Source: Mytilus californianus
Lineage: Eukaryota
Direction of reading: 5' to 3'
DNA: 64,000 nt
Assembly: GCF_021869535.1 (NCBI RefSeq)
Contig: NW_026262712.1
Span: 38,812,001-38,876,000 of the forward strand
The stretch's first letter is position 1. Each line of letters opens with the position of its first letter. Positions 51,097 through 62,937 of the stretch are shown here, piece by piece. Both the position numbers and the translations under genes were made by a program. A model generated the notes under the pieces. That model did no database searches and was not told the origin of the DNA. It saw only the letters and a program-made list of their open reading frames with translations.

Positions 51097-51890
51097 AAAA
51101 AGTAAAATTACAAAAGTACCGAACTCTAAAGAGAATTCAAAACGAAAAGTCCCTTAACAAATAGCAAAATCAAAAGTTCAAACACACCATACGAATGGAA
51201 AACAACTGCCATGTTTCTGACTTGGTACAAGTATTTCCTTATGTAGAAAATAGTGGATTAAACCTGGTTTTATAGCTAGCTAAACCCCTCACTTGTATGA
51301 CAGTCGCATACAATTCCTTGAAATTGTTAACAATGTGTGAGCAAAACAAACAGAAATAATAGGTAAAAACGTCAAAAATTGGGGTACAGCAGTCAACAAT
51401 GTGTTATAATCTTAATCGATATAAAAACAAACAATTATGCCAAAATTACCTGTTGACACTCTTTAGACAAAGCACATAAGCAAAACTGAAGACAAGAATA
51501 CAAAAAAAAATGACCACAGTCCTATGGCGGGATGTATAAATACCGAGTCACGCCAAAAGATATTACAAAAAATGGACTAAACAGTAAAGGTTAATAATAT
51601 ACAAGGACAAATAAAAAGAACACAATAACACGCAATTAAGATGATAAATAACGTCAGTACCTAGAATCTATACTTCAAGACCATGATGTATTATTTGCAA
51701 AGTTGAAACGGAATATTTATCAACAATGGTATCTTCCGATGAACTGTTTAAGAAAAAGGACGAGACATTCTTTGACATAACTCTATTTATGAGATTTCTG
51801 CTCAGACATTGATGACGTTTCATAAAGTCTCAGTAGCAGCTACAAGCTCTTGAATACCGAATGAGTTGCATTAAATAACCAAATCCTTAT
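51097..51890 (-). mobile_element. Penelope-like retroelement, lineage 3: RT thumb remnant plus 3' tail
   Basis: Minus strand 51680-51880 reads QLIRYSRACSCY*DFMKRHQCLSRNL...FIGRYH; the tail (...tgtaattttactttt) recurs at ~33290-33410 (-), ~51985-52080 (-) and ~59095-59180 (+). Confidence 0.7.
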
Positions 51891-54762
51891 TTATAAAAGT
51901 TATTGCTTCGATATGAGATATTAACAACCCGGATACATACCAATAACATATCTGCATTTTGTCTGTCTTATTTTGAATTCAAAGGTAAAATAACAAAAAT
52001 ACCGAACTCCAAGGTTAATTCAAAACGGAAAGTCCTTTATAAAATGGCAAATTCAAAAGCTCAAACGAATGGAAAAACTGCAGCGCATTTCAATTGATTC
52101 TTATGTATGTGTATCCCGTGAGTGCGATTTCTTTTATATGTACATGTAAGTTCGTACTGAAAAAACACAAGATGTGTTGTGTTTATCGCTTTCATATGTC
52201 ATTTAAACAAATAGCGATATAACCCTTGGAATCAGTGTATCACCAGTACATTCCAGCAAACTTACCGTCTCAGTGGGTGTTATAAAAGTGATATAATATT
52301 TGTGTTTGCAAGTCTTGTGTTCAAGACTGAAGTTATTTATGTATGATCTTGGTGCTATTTAAACAAATAAAGTGGACTTTACTCGGTGAATAACTCATTC
52401 ATATAGTGATATTTAAAGAAATATTAGATGTTGTGACACGTCATTAAATAGATGAATTATTCAAAATGCATTGTTAAAACGTTTGTCCCTGAATTCAATT
52501 TGCTTGGGTATTTCACTTAATTAACATTAGTAATTGATTTCATATTTAAAGAAATGAATGTACGAGAAAGTCACCATTGATTTTAAGGTGGTCTACACAT
52601 TGGTAGAGTTGAAACGTAAAACATGCTTTAAGTAACACACTGATAAAAAAATGTGATAAAACTAGAACATGTATGTATTGTTGTCGATTGTTGAACTATA
52701 TATTGTTATATCGGGCAACAAAATAATATACATGTATGTGTACGCTACGATCTACACCTTTTATATTTTTTCTAGTGACATTTACCGAAGTTTTTTTTTA
52801 ATTTATAGAGTTGTTCCAGTGCATTGATGTAGGAACAAATTTTGCAAATAATTATCAAACCCTTGAATCCATTTTTTAGTGAATATTTTACTTGACTTAT
52901 TTTACGCAACCCGCTAAACAAGGCTCAAACGAAATAAACGAAAAGACATGTACTTTATCTGTTAATAGTATTGCCGAAAAAAAGAAGATTACTTATATGT
53001 ATTATCTACAGTTAAAAGTAATTGATTTATAAGTATATTCTTATCTGTATGTCATAAATAACGAAACATCTATGTATAAATCAACGCGACAACAGTTTAA
53101 TCTGACACCAGTGAAAGTAATTTGAGAAACTCACTCAACAGTGTTAACTGCCTGCATTATTCAACATACATGTAGCATGATTACGTAAAAAAATTAGACA
53201 CATTTTCTATCAGTTGTAAACAAAACTTTATATCAATAAACTTATATTTACGCTTATTTGTCATAAGCCAATTGGGTGCATCCTTTTGCTCCTGATTTAT
53301 ACAACATAATGAAAAACTTTAACAAATACAAAATATGGTCAACACACATGAGATTGATTTCGTGTGATATGAACAGCTATGGTTGATCAGACGTATTGTC
53401 ATATACACAAAGTGATTTTCAATATTTGCATTATAAGAAACTTATATTAACAAACACGTATAAACTAGCATCTTAACACTTGACTCTAACGCTTATAAAT
53501 GAAAACATCATTGCTACATAACATAGTTGTTTCTAATTATATATTCATAAACAGCGTAACTGACACAGTTATACACAAATTATGTGAAATAAAATTCAAA
53601 ATTAGCATTTTGTCTGTATTTTTTCTTTGTATACCATGTATACTCAGCGAGAAAAACATATAAAAAATTCATTATTATTCATGATGAAAATGTTACCTAG
53701 GTTTCGTGAGATTTGAATTTCAGAAAATTACTGATGTCTCTAACTTAAAAAAAAGAAACAGGACCAGATCAAGGCAGAAGTATCTTATCAATGTTCAAAT
53801 CTCACAAAGTCTTGTCAACATTTTCATCTTTGAGATATTTATTACTCTAAAAGGGTTTTGATTGTTATTTAATATCAGGGTAAAATAGTGGTCTAAGCAT
53901 TTTATCTCCTCGATTGTCATATCAGTTTCCTAAATTTGTTTTTAAGTTAAAAGGCTTTACCAAGTCCTTACTATTTCACGGCATGCTCTGTGTGCATGGT
54001 AAAACTAGAAACACAAACTTCCATATGCATTCAATTAGACGGACTGATACAGAAAATAGATATTGTTCGTACCTGGTAAACTATTAAATCAATCTGTAAT
54101 TTATATTTGCAAATATGGTTAAGACATTAATTGGCTGCTTGCTTAACAGAATCGGTGAGTTTTTGAATCATATCAAAATCCTATAACACCAACTGTAATA
54201 AAAAGGACAATATTGAACTCGCAAAATATGTCATCCCTCCATATGGTATTGGCGCTACGCTATCACCACTAATAAAATAATTCTTGAAAAAACCGAACAA
54301 TATATTTTTAAGTAATTTTCAGTCTTTCAGACAATTTTTAGACGAATCCTATGCGATAAATTTAGTACTTTTCAGAAAATTCGTTTGCGGTTAATTAAGA
54401 TATGTTTAGTTTACTATTGACTAGTTATCATTTACCTGTACACATCAGCATCATACTGCACTGTCTGGGAAAGCTTATAAACATAATTGAACTGATTGCA
54501 TCGAATTGTCTGAAATATACTGAATTTGTCACATTTTTCAGACGATACGGATGATGTTAAGATCAAAATAACCGTTCAAAACTAAAATGCATTCTATAGT
54601 GCACACTCACAAGAGCCAACTATATATGGTGCATTGATTTTATCGTTTATCTTTAACATTTTGTTTAAGGGCAATTCAAGGACTTGATTATTTTTTTTTT
54701 ATGATATATTGAATATATTATGTATTTTTTTTTCAATAGATACCGTAATACAGTAAACCACG

Positions 54763-55529
54763 ATGGCTCAGGCAGCGTCAAAAACATGTGAAATTTGTGT
54801 GTGTAGTCCAGGTCATAACTATTGTGAACAGTGTGACCAGTTGTTTTGTGATGGTTGTAAAGTATCACATTTACGATCAAAGATGGCCATGAATCACACA
54901 TTTTTAAGTGGTCCTAACGTCATCCCGGAAGTGAAACGATACTGCAAAGAACATAATGAAAGTTTCATTTACTTCTGCATGGAATGTGATATGCCAATAT
55001 GCAAAATATGTGTGATTAAAAATCATAAATCACATGATTTTGCTGAAATCAAGGAATCGACTGAAGGGATCAAAGCAGAAGTAAAAGAAGTCATCGAAAT
55101 GAAGATTAAAAACCTCCAATCAAATATAGCAGAGATTGAGCAAAGTTTAAATAAGTATCAGGCTGACGTTTGTGAAGTCATTCAGGCTATAAGAAAAGAA
55201 GGAATGCAATTAATCAAACTGATTAGTAAGAAAATCAAAAGTCTTGTCAGGTCAGTGAAAGAGCAAGAAACAAAGACACTTCATACTTTACAGTCTTTAG
55301 ATACTGCGTTTAAAACTGGTTTGGATAAGGCAAAAGAACAGTACAAAATATTTGAAGACACGCAAAGGATAACAGATACCACTAAAATGCTTCAAAAATT
55401 AAAACAAATTAAATCACAAATCGATTTTGTAAAAAAGCCCCGGGTTCCTGTGATGCCATTTGTCAAATATGCTAGCAAGAAAGAAACAAGTAGTGAAATA
55501 GAGAAACTGTTTGGGGACTTAACATTTGG
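54763..55529 (+). CDS. RING-less TRIM-like protein, first coding exon (B-box1, B-box2, coiled coil)
   Basis: CEIC...CEQCDQLFCDGC...H...H and CKEH...FCMECDMPICKIC...H..H, then a heptad-rich region. Acceptor ttttcaatag at 54738-39. The ORF-track stop TAA lies inside the donor GG|GTAAGT (55530), so the gene continues in phase 2. Confidence 0.9.
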
Positions 55530-55827
55530 GTAAGTTTGTTTTAATAATTGAATCTATGTAGTTTCTTGAAGACACTGTTTTTGGTCTTTTTGTTTTTTGT
55601 TTTTGTTTCCTATGTCAAATCGTGTTAGTCCTAGCAGGGAAACTTGATAGTTAGTTTTGATCACCTTTACCTCACAAACTAACATTAGATTTACGTAGAA
55701 ATGGATGGTCTCAGATACGCCATCTTGGAGTGAATCTTTTTTTTTTAATATTACATGCAGTACACAAATGACACGTCAGAATATAGTCTGATAAAACTGC
55801 AGCTTCCTCTATGTCTGACAATTGGCT

Positions 55828-56044
55828 AACTGATTGATTGTTTATTTAGTGTTTAACGACATATTAAGTACTATTGGCTACTGGTAGTTGAAATAGGAGT
55901 GCTGGGAGAGAACCACCGACATTCGGCAGGAAAACTTGCAATCATAGCAAATTACACCTGCAACATGCGGGGTTTCAACTCACAACCTTAGTGTTGACAG
56001 ACTGGTGATACAGTAGATGGACTACTTAGACCACCCGGCTACCA
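55828..56044 (-). mobile_element. Second copy of the same SINE family, in the TRIM-like intron
   Basis: Shares gtgtttaacg, gg(a)aaact and ctacttaga(t/c)cacc with 35951-36180; tgattgattg tail. Confidence 0.65.
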
Positions 56045-56654
56045 AAACTCCTCTGACATTCCATGTCAGGCTTTTATTTGATGTCATAAAACATGGACTG
56101 CCAGGGAAGTTAATAATTGCTACCTGCTGGCCATTCGCCAAATTACAGGTGGTCATCCAGGTGTATAATTTACTGTCACATGTTGACAATTATTCTCTGG
56201 CTTGCGACGAAATTAGCAGAGCGCGAACAGAGAGATGCTTATCTGTCGACGGCAGCGACGATGTCTTAAATATGTTTTGTAATGTTCAAAAAGAAGATAT
56301 GGAAGCTTCAAACTTTCTATATAAATGTCTTCTGTCAGGAACTCTCATATTGCCATTGCCCTAATCTCATTTTCATGATTCAGTGACTGTTTAAAAAACT
56401 GCATGTTTTTGATAAATATGATGTTCACACTTATACATGTTATAAGTAATAGAATAAATATACTAAGTAATTTGTAAAAGTGATCCTTGATAGGACTACA
56501 CGACAGACATGTTTTATCTGATTGCGACCTCATTTCATGAATCAGTGATGAAGGTTAAAGTTTCGTGATTATGTTTATTTCTGAGAAAAAAACTAGACAG
56601 TATGTCAACTAGAGATAAGACCTTGAATAATTATATTGTATACATAAACAAATA

Positions 56655-57230
56655 AGGAGATGTGGTATGATTGCAAATGAGTCAACTATCCACCAATGTT
56701 CAAATGAAGTGGGTATAACAAATTATGTGCGACTCCAACAATGAGAAAAACCCATACCGACACGTAAAATGTGAAAGAATTCAACGATAGACATGAACAA
56801 TAGACAACCACTGCTGAACTACAAGTTCCTGAATTTGGAAAGGCACTTACATAATGTAGCGGGGTTAAACACGTTTGTGAGCGCCAAACCTTCCCCCTAA
56901 CCTGGGACAGTTGTGAAGCAGTAAACAGAAGAACAAAATATAAAAATCAGCTGGCAAGGGCTCCACCCATCTGATCAAAACAAAGCAGGAAATCAACTAA
57001 CAAAATCACAGACCAGACGTGGCAGGCTATTTATACATCCTCTACAACAAACAAGACACAAAGTATAGATCTGAGAATACTCACAGTTGCTGACAGCTTG
57101 TTCAACATGTGTTCAAAGCCAATTACAACTAATAAATAATCATGTTCTACCAGAGTAAAATATCAATCATTATAGGGTCAACGGATTTAGTGTGAAGACG
57201 TTATAAACAGTCTGAGAATTATATGACCTA
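56655..57230 (-). mobile_element. Longer copy of the same family
   Basis: Tail ggagatgtggtatgattgcaaatgag, module gcggggttaaacacgtttg...cccctaacctgggacag, extra 5' sequence to ~57230. Confidence 0.65.
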
Positions 57231-57465
57231 TAGCAATGCCAAAATATAAGAAAACAATATTGACAGGATGTAGGATAATGACTTCGCATAACTGTGCATA
57301 TATAGCGATATAGATTTAGTTATTGTAGAATTTTTGAAAAACACAATCAATGTTAATATACCAAGACATTTAACCATGGCGTTGTCTTTTTTTTCGACTT
57401 AAGATTTTGAATGTTAAAAAAAGAACATTTTGAATGTGCCTTTGGTATCTTTTGCCTCTCTTTTG

Positions 57466-58301
57466 TTGCTGTCTGCATTGTACTTATTAAAAGTTAGTTC
57501 GTTTGGGTAAAATTCAGCAGTAAAATTAGAAAATTGTTGGTTATGTTAAGCCAAAATATCATCAAGGTAACGGTAAGTGTTTATGAATGATCATTTACAC
57601 GTAATATACTGTGGATTCATTATTATTCGTTGGGTACCAATTTTCGTGGATTTCGTAGGTACAGGTAAACCACGAATTTAAATGTTCAACGAATCACAAA
57701 TTTTCTATAAGATTGTATGCAGACTTTGGCAAAACCACGAAATCAAGTATCCACGAAAATGCAAGTTTTCCTCAATCCACGAAAATTGGTACCCACGAGA
57801 ATAAATGAATCCACAGTAGACGGATCTTTACTGAGTTTGGTCAAAACTGTGATACATAACAATACAGGAACATGTCTGCTGTTAAAGGGGCACAATTGGT
57901 GCCCATAGGAATACCTACAACCTGTCAATAAAGGTTATTGTCGAAAGGTACATAGATGTTGTTAAGAAACAAATTAAAAATTTAATCATCTCATCAAAGT
58001 TCCAGTAAGTATATCTAGTATATTTTCTTTTTCCATTGCAAAAGAAGGCTTTAAACGAGTTGTTGCAATTAAATCTGCAACCAGACTTTTCAAAGGACTA
58101 TGTTATTAAGTAAGAACACTTCTGTTGGATTAGATTGTGTGGTAGTGTAGTGTAAAGAGTCGAAAAATCATAACTGTAAACTGAATTGAACGGACCATCA
58201 AACGCATGTAAGTTATCCAAAACATCCAAAGAATGTTTTACACTCCAAAAATAGTTAATTATTTTCACATGCCCTATTACAAAAGTTAATAACAAGTTCA
58301 T
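57466..58301 (-). mobile_element. Decayed Penelope-like RT fragment (lineage-1-related), split by a MITE
   Basis: Minus strand YSYDFSTLYTTLPH ... QVVGIPMGTNCAPLTADMFLYCY, resuming after the MITE as NTYRYLDDILA; several stops and frameshifts. Confidence 0.8.
57609..57816. mobile_element. MITE with ~40 bp TIRs and TA target duplication (Tc1/mariner-type)
   Basis: TA|CTGTGGATTCATT...GGGTACCAATTTTCGTGGATT at left, matching reverse complement ...AATGAATCCACAG|TA at right; removing it rejoins the RT frame. Confidence 0.85.
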
Positions 58302-58803
58302 ATATAGAAGTTACTAGTTTATGTAGTTAACAGTACATAAAGATTAGTAGTAGAACACTTACTAGAAGCTGATATGAAACGAAATTTGAAGGGTTTTTGT
58401 GTAGTTTAGGAAGCCAATACATGTCTGTTTGACAGGGTATATCTATCCATGACATAATTGTTACGGTACCTTTGTCAAAACTAAGTTTTTAAGGGTAGAT
58501 CCCTTTCTTAGCTACTATCAGAGTAGTTCAAGTATATTTGATGAATACATTTATTGTAAGGTGTACGTTTACGTCTGGCAGATTTCATAAAATCTGGACC
58601 ATTTTTTTATGGTTCACTGCTGAATGTTAACTTCTCCTGATAAGGTCTGTTTTTCAGCTACCGTCAGTAGTGGGTAAAATATTTATTGTATTTAATGATT
58701 TTAAGGCAAACATATATGTGCGAAAGGCTTCATCTAGCATTCACCTCATCTAATGGTTCATTGTGCAATGTTACGTTTTATGGTTAATCCGATTTTTTTT
58801 CAG

Positions 58804-58815
58804 ATATAATAAGCA
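58804..58815 (+). CDS. Candidate 12-nt phase 2-2 micro-exon of the TRIM-like gene
   Basis: ttttttttcag|ATATAATAAGCA|GTAAGT: strong acceptor and consensus donor 12 nt apart; open in phase 2, stop in phase 0. Confidence 0.3.
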
Positions 58816-59534
58816 GTAAGTCAAGTGTATATGGTGTATGGAATGGTTTAATTGCATACATGTTTATCTGACAATTGAAAATAACATTGACCTTAATTTC
58901 ATATTTCACTGTGGAGTTTTGTGTCTAAGTCAGGTTTTTTTTTCTCAGATTCTCTAAGCAGAAGGACAACTGCTTTGATGTCTGCTATTATTGTAAGGCA
59001 TGTATGTTTGTCTATAAGAGTTTATCGGATCATGACCATAACGGTTCATCTACCAATGTTAAATTATCATAATCAGGTGCGTTTTACATACGTTTTATGT
59101 GTATGAGCTTTTGATTTTGCAATTTGATATAGAACTTTCTGTTTTGAATTGTCCTTGGTATTTTTGTTATTTTACCTTTTACGGATGCAGTAAGTAATAT
59201 AAGGTAATATATGTTTATTGCATGGGATGATTGTTTTGTTTATATGTCTGTTTGACAGATTTTTTCTGAATTTTTTCATGGTTCATTGATCGAAATCAAG
59301 TTTCGTGGTAATGCCTGTTACTTGGATACTTTAGGAAGTGGGTAGAATGTTTTTAGTTAGAAAGGATTAAGCCTAGTTCATAATGCTTTTTATTTAGGGC
59401 TATCAGAGCAAATGTGGTTTGTTTGTTTTAAGTAATACAGAGTTTTTTTTTCCATTTTACAATACATTATAATTTTGACGCATATGTTTGTAAGATTATT
59501 GAATGAACATTGTTAATAAGGAACTTTTTTTCAG

Positions 59535-59582
59535 AGAAATTATCAAAAGTGAAGAAAACACGAAACATCGGAAGGACGTCAG
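59535..59582 (+). CDS. 48-nt micro-exon copy 1 (EIIKSEENTKHRKDV)
   Basis: tttttttcag | 48 nt | gtttgt; open in phase 2. Confidence 0.6.
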
Positions 59583-60466
59583 GTTTGTATTTATAATGGC
59601 CATCAAAGATGTTAAATGCAGCTGATAAAAAAAGGTTTAATTTCGATGTTAACACCAAATTCATAAACCTTCTACCAAGTATATTAAATACCACTAAAAC
59701 CTGATCAAATGCTAATTTTAAAATTGATTTGGAAAACGTCTTTCTAACTAAGGATAGACAAAACTATTACCAGTATAAACTACACAGCCATTGAAAATCA
59801 AAAACGCACAAAGAACAACACTTAAAACGTAAGCAAAGGCAGCACAAAGCCCTTTTAAACAAATTTAAAGGTGATCTAGCTTGATCTATAACAAGAAGAA
59901 GATCCTGTTCCATTTGTAGCATCCGTCGTGTTTTTCATGTTTGTACAATCAAGTCATTAGTTTAATTCGATAGGTTATATTCATGGAAAAGAGTACCTGT
60001 TTGTGGTTACGACAATAAGAACATATCCGTCGTCATATGTGAAACAGGTATTTCATAACAGTAAACCAACTCTTGATAACGTCCGTAAAATTTTCGAAGG
60101 TTTGATTTCAACTGATAAAGTGCCAATACGGACTGGATTTCATAATAACTACCAAACATCTATCATTAAATTCTTAAGAAGGAAAAGAAACCGCTATGCT
60201 ATATCTAATAGCAACTACTGACGAGGTTTTAGTTATTCAAAGTTACTGTTTTTAATATACAGTTCAATCTTTTAACCTTGATTAGTGACAAAGACAAAAT
60301 AACAATAGCGTTCTTTTAATACAAATTAAAAAAAAAAGAATATTGAGGGTTATCACAGCTAATGTGGTAAGTAATGACACGTTATTTTCATTTTACAATA
60401 CATTTTGATTTTGACGTATACGTTTGTAAGAATGACAACTGTTATTAAAGAACATGTTTTTTTCAG

Positions 60467-60514
60467 AGAAATTGTCGAAAGTGATGGAAACACGAATCAT
60501 CAGAAGGACGTCAG
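60467..60514 (+). CDS. 48-nt micro-exon copy 2 (EIVESDGNTNHQKDV)
   Basis: tttttttcag | 48 nt | gtttgt; open in phase 2. Confidence 0.6.
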
Positions 60515-60903
60515 GTTTGTATTTATAGGAACCATTAAATGCAGATGTTTTCGATTTTTTTATTTTTATGTTAAACTCTTATATGAAGTTACTTTTTCTA
60601 CAATGTTTATGCAATCGAAACCCTCTTTATCTAATTTTTCAGGTTTGGCACAATTTTATGGACTATTTTGTTTTCATTGGTTTTTATCTCTAGAAAAGAT
60701 AAGAACAATACAGTACTTTTAATACATACATTTTGGGAAAAAAAGTTTTTTTTTTTATTTAAGGTTATCAGAGTAAAAACGTGGTATGTTTTTTCTAAGT
60801 AATGCAGAATGTTTTTTTCTTTTTCATTTTACAATACATTAAGATTTCAATGTATACGTTTGTAAGAATGAACATTGCTATTAAGTAATATATTTTTTTT
60901 CAG

Positions 60904-60951
60904 AGAAATTGTCAAAAGTGAAGAAAACACGAAACATCAGAAGGACGTCAG
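60904..60951 (+). CDS. 48-nt micro-exon copy 3 (EIVKSEENTKHQKDV)
   Basis: tttttttcag | 48 nt | gtttgt; open in phase 2. Confidence 0.6.
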
Positions 60952-62064
60952 GTTTGTATCTATAGTAGCCATTAAATGCAGATGTTTACGATATATTTAT
61001 TTCTATGTCAAACTTTTCTGTGAACTTACTTTTCATATGCTAATGCCAATCGAAACACACTGTTATCATTCTATTATTTTCTAAGATTTAACACAACTTT
61101 GTGGGATGTTTAGGTTTCACTGGTTCTTTTTTCTCCGTACTCAGTTGTTTAATCAGTGAATACATTTCAACCTAACTTTTGTAATTTTGTTACGATTATA
61201 TCAAGTGATGAGGAATGACACATTAGCGCATTGGTACCTGACTCTTATCTAACCCAAAGACACCACCAAATTCTACCAAGTATATTCAATACCACTAAAC
61301 CTGATCAAATGTCAATTTTAAAATTGATTTGGAAAACGTCTTTCATAACTAAGGATAGACAAAACTATTACCGGTATCAACTGCACAGCCATTGAAAATA
61401 TAAAACGCTCAAAGAACACCATTTCACACGTAAGCAAAAGCAGCACGAAGCCCTTTTGAACAAAACTACGGGTGGTCTATAACGTTAAGCAGATCCTGTT
61501 CCATTTGTGGCATCCGTCGTGTTTTTCATGTTTGTTCAATCTAGTCATCAGTTTAATTCGATAGGTTATATTCATGGAAAAGAGTACCTGTTTGTGGTCA
61601 CGACAATAAGAACATATCCGTCGTCATATGTGAAACAGGTACTTCATAACAGTAAACCAACTCTTGATAACGTCTGTAAAATTTTCGAAGGTTTGATTTC
61701 AACTGATAAAGTGTCAATACGGACTGGATTTCATAATAACTACCAAACATCTATCATTAAATTCTTAAGAAGGAAAAGAAACCGCTATGCTATATCTAAT
61801 AGCAACTACTGACGAGGTTTTAGTTATTCCAAGTTACTGTTTTTAATATACAGTTCAATCTTTTAACCTTGATTAGTGACAAAGATAAAAGATCAATAGC
61901 GTACTTGTAATACAAATTAAAAAAAATATTGAGGGTTATCACAGCAAATGTGGTATGTTTATTTGAAGTAATGAAGTGTATTCATTTTACAATACATTGA
62001 TTTTTGCGCATACGTTTGCAAGATTACCGATTGATTATGTATTGACAAGGGGCATATTTTTCAG

Positions 62065-62112
62065 AGAAACTGTCAAAAGTGAAGAAAACCCAGAACATCA
62101 GAAGAACGTTAG
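62065..62112 (+). CDS. 48-nt micro-exon copy 4 (ETVKSEENPEHQKNV)
   Basis: tttttcag | 48 nt | gtttgt; open in phase 2. Confidence 0.6.
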
Positions 62113-62495
62113 GTTTGTATTTATATTAGCCATTAAATGCAGATGTTTACGATATGTTTATTTCTATGTCAAACTCTTCTGTGAACTAACGTTCTGTACA
62201 ATGTTAGTGGCAATCGAAATCCACTTTATTTTATTTTTCAGGTTTGACACAACTTTGCGAAATGTTTTCATTGGTCTTTTTCTTTGTAAAGATACAGAAC
62301 AATATAGTACTTTTAATTCATAAATTTGAAAACAAATGCGTTTTTTTTTAAATCTATTTAGGGTTATTAGAGCAAAAGTGGTATGTTTAGCTTAAGTAAT
62401 GCAGAATGTTTTTTTTTCAGTGTACAATACATTATGATTTTGATGTATACGTTTTTAAGAATGACAATTGTTATTAAGGAACATTTTTTTTTCAG

Positions 62496-62543
62496 AGAAG
62501 TTTTCAAAAGTGAAGGAATTACGAATCAGCAGAAGGACGTCAG
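62496..62543 (+). CDS. 48-nt micro-exon copy 5 (EVFKSEGITNQQKDV)
   Basis: tttttttttcag | 48 nt | gtttgt; open in phase 2. Confidence 0.6.
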
Positions 62544-62889
62544 GTTTGTAGTTATAGGAACCATTAAATGCAGGTGTTTTCGATTTTTTTGTTTTCATGT
62601 TAAACTCTTATGTGAAGTTCCTTTTCCTACAATATTTGTGGCCATCGAAACCCTCTTTATCTAATTTTGCAGGTTTGGCACAATTGTATGGACTATTTTG
62701 TTTTCATTGGTCTTTATCTCTAGAAAAGATAAGAACAATACAGTTTAAGGTTTTCAGAGTAAACGTGGTATGTTTATATAAGGTAATGCAGATTTTTTAT
62801 TTTTTTTTTTCATTTTACAATACATTAGGATTTCGATGTATACGTTTGTAAGAATGAACATTGCTATTAAGTAACATATTTGTTTTCAG

Positions 62890-62937
62890 AGAAATTGTCA
62901 AAAGTGAAGAAAACACGAAACATCAGAAGGACGTCAG
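62890..62937 (+). CDS. 48-nt micro-exon copy 6 (EIVKSEENTKHQKDV)
   Basis: tgttttcag | 48 nt | gtttgt; exon sequence identical to copy 3. Confidence 0.6.

Noticed and set aside
55530-55533. ORF-track stop ending the TRIM-like protein at 256 aa
   Set aside because: The TAA is part of a consensus GTAAGT donor, so this is more likely an exon boundary than a true stop.
56017-56364. 115-aa ORF as the next TRIM-like exon
   Set aside because: It starts inside a SINE head, has no suitable phase-2 acceptor and shows no propeller or other motif.
58949-58992. 44-nt candidate exon with a good acceptor and a GTAAGG donor
   Set aside because: From phase 2 it ends in phase 1 and creates TAG on joining the 48-nt exon, so it does not fit the gene model.
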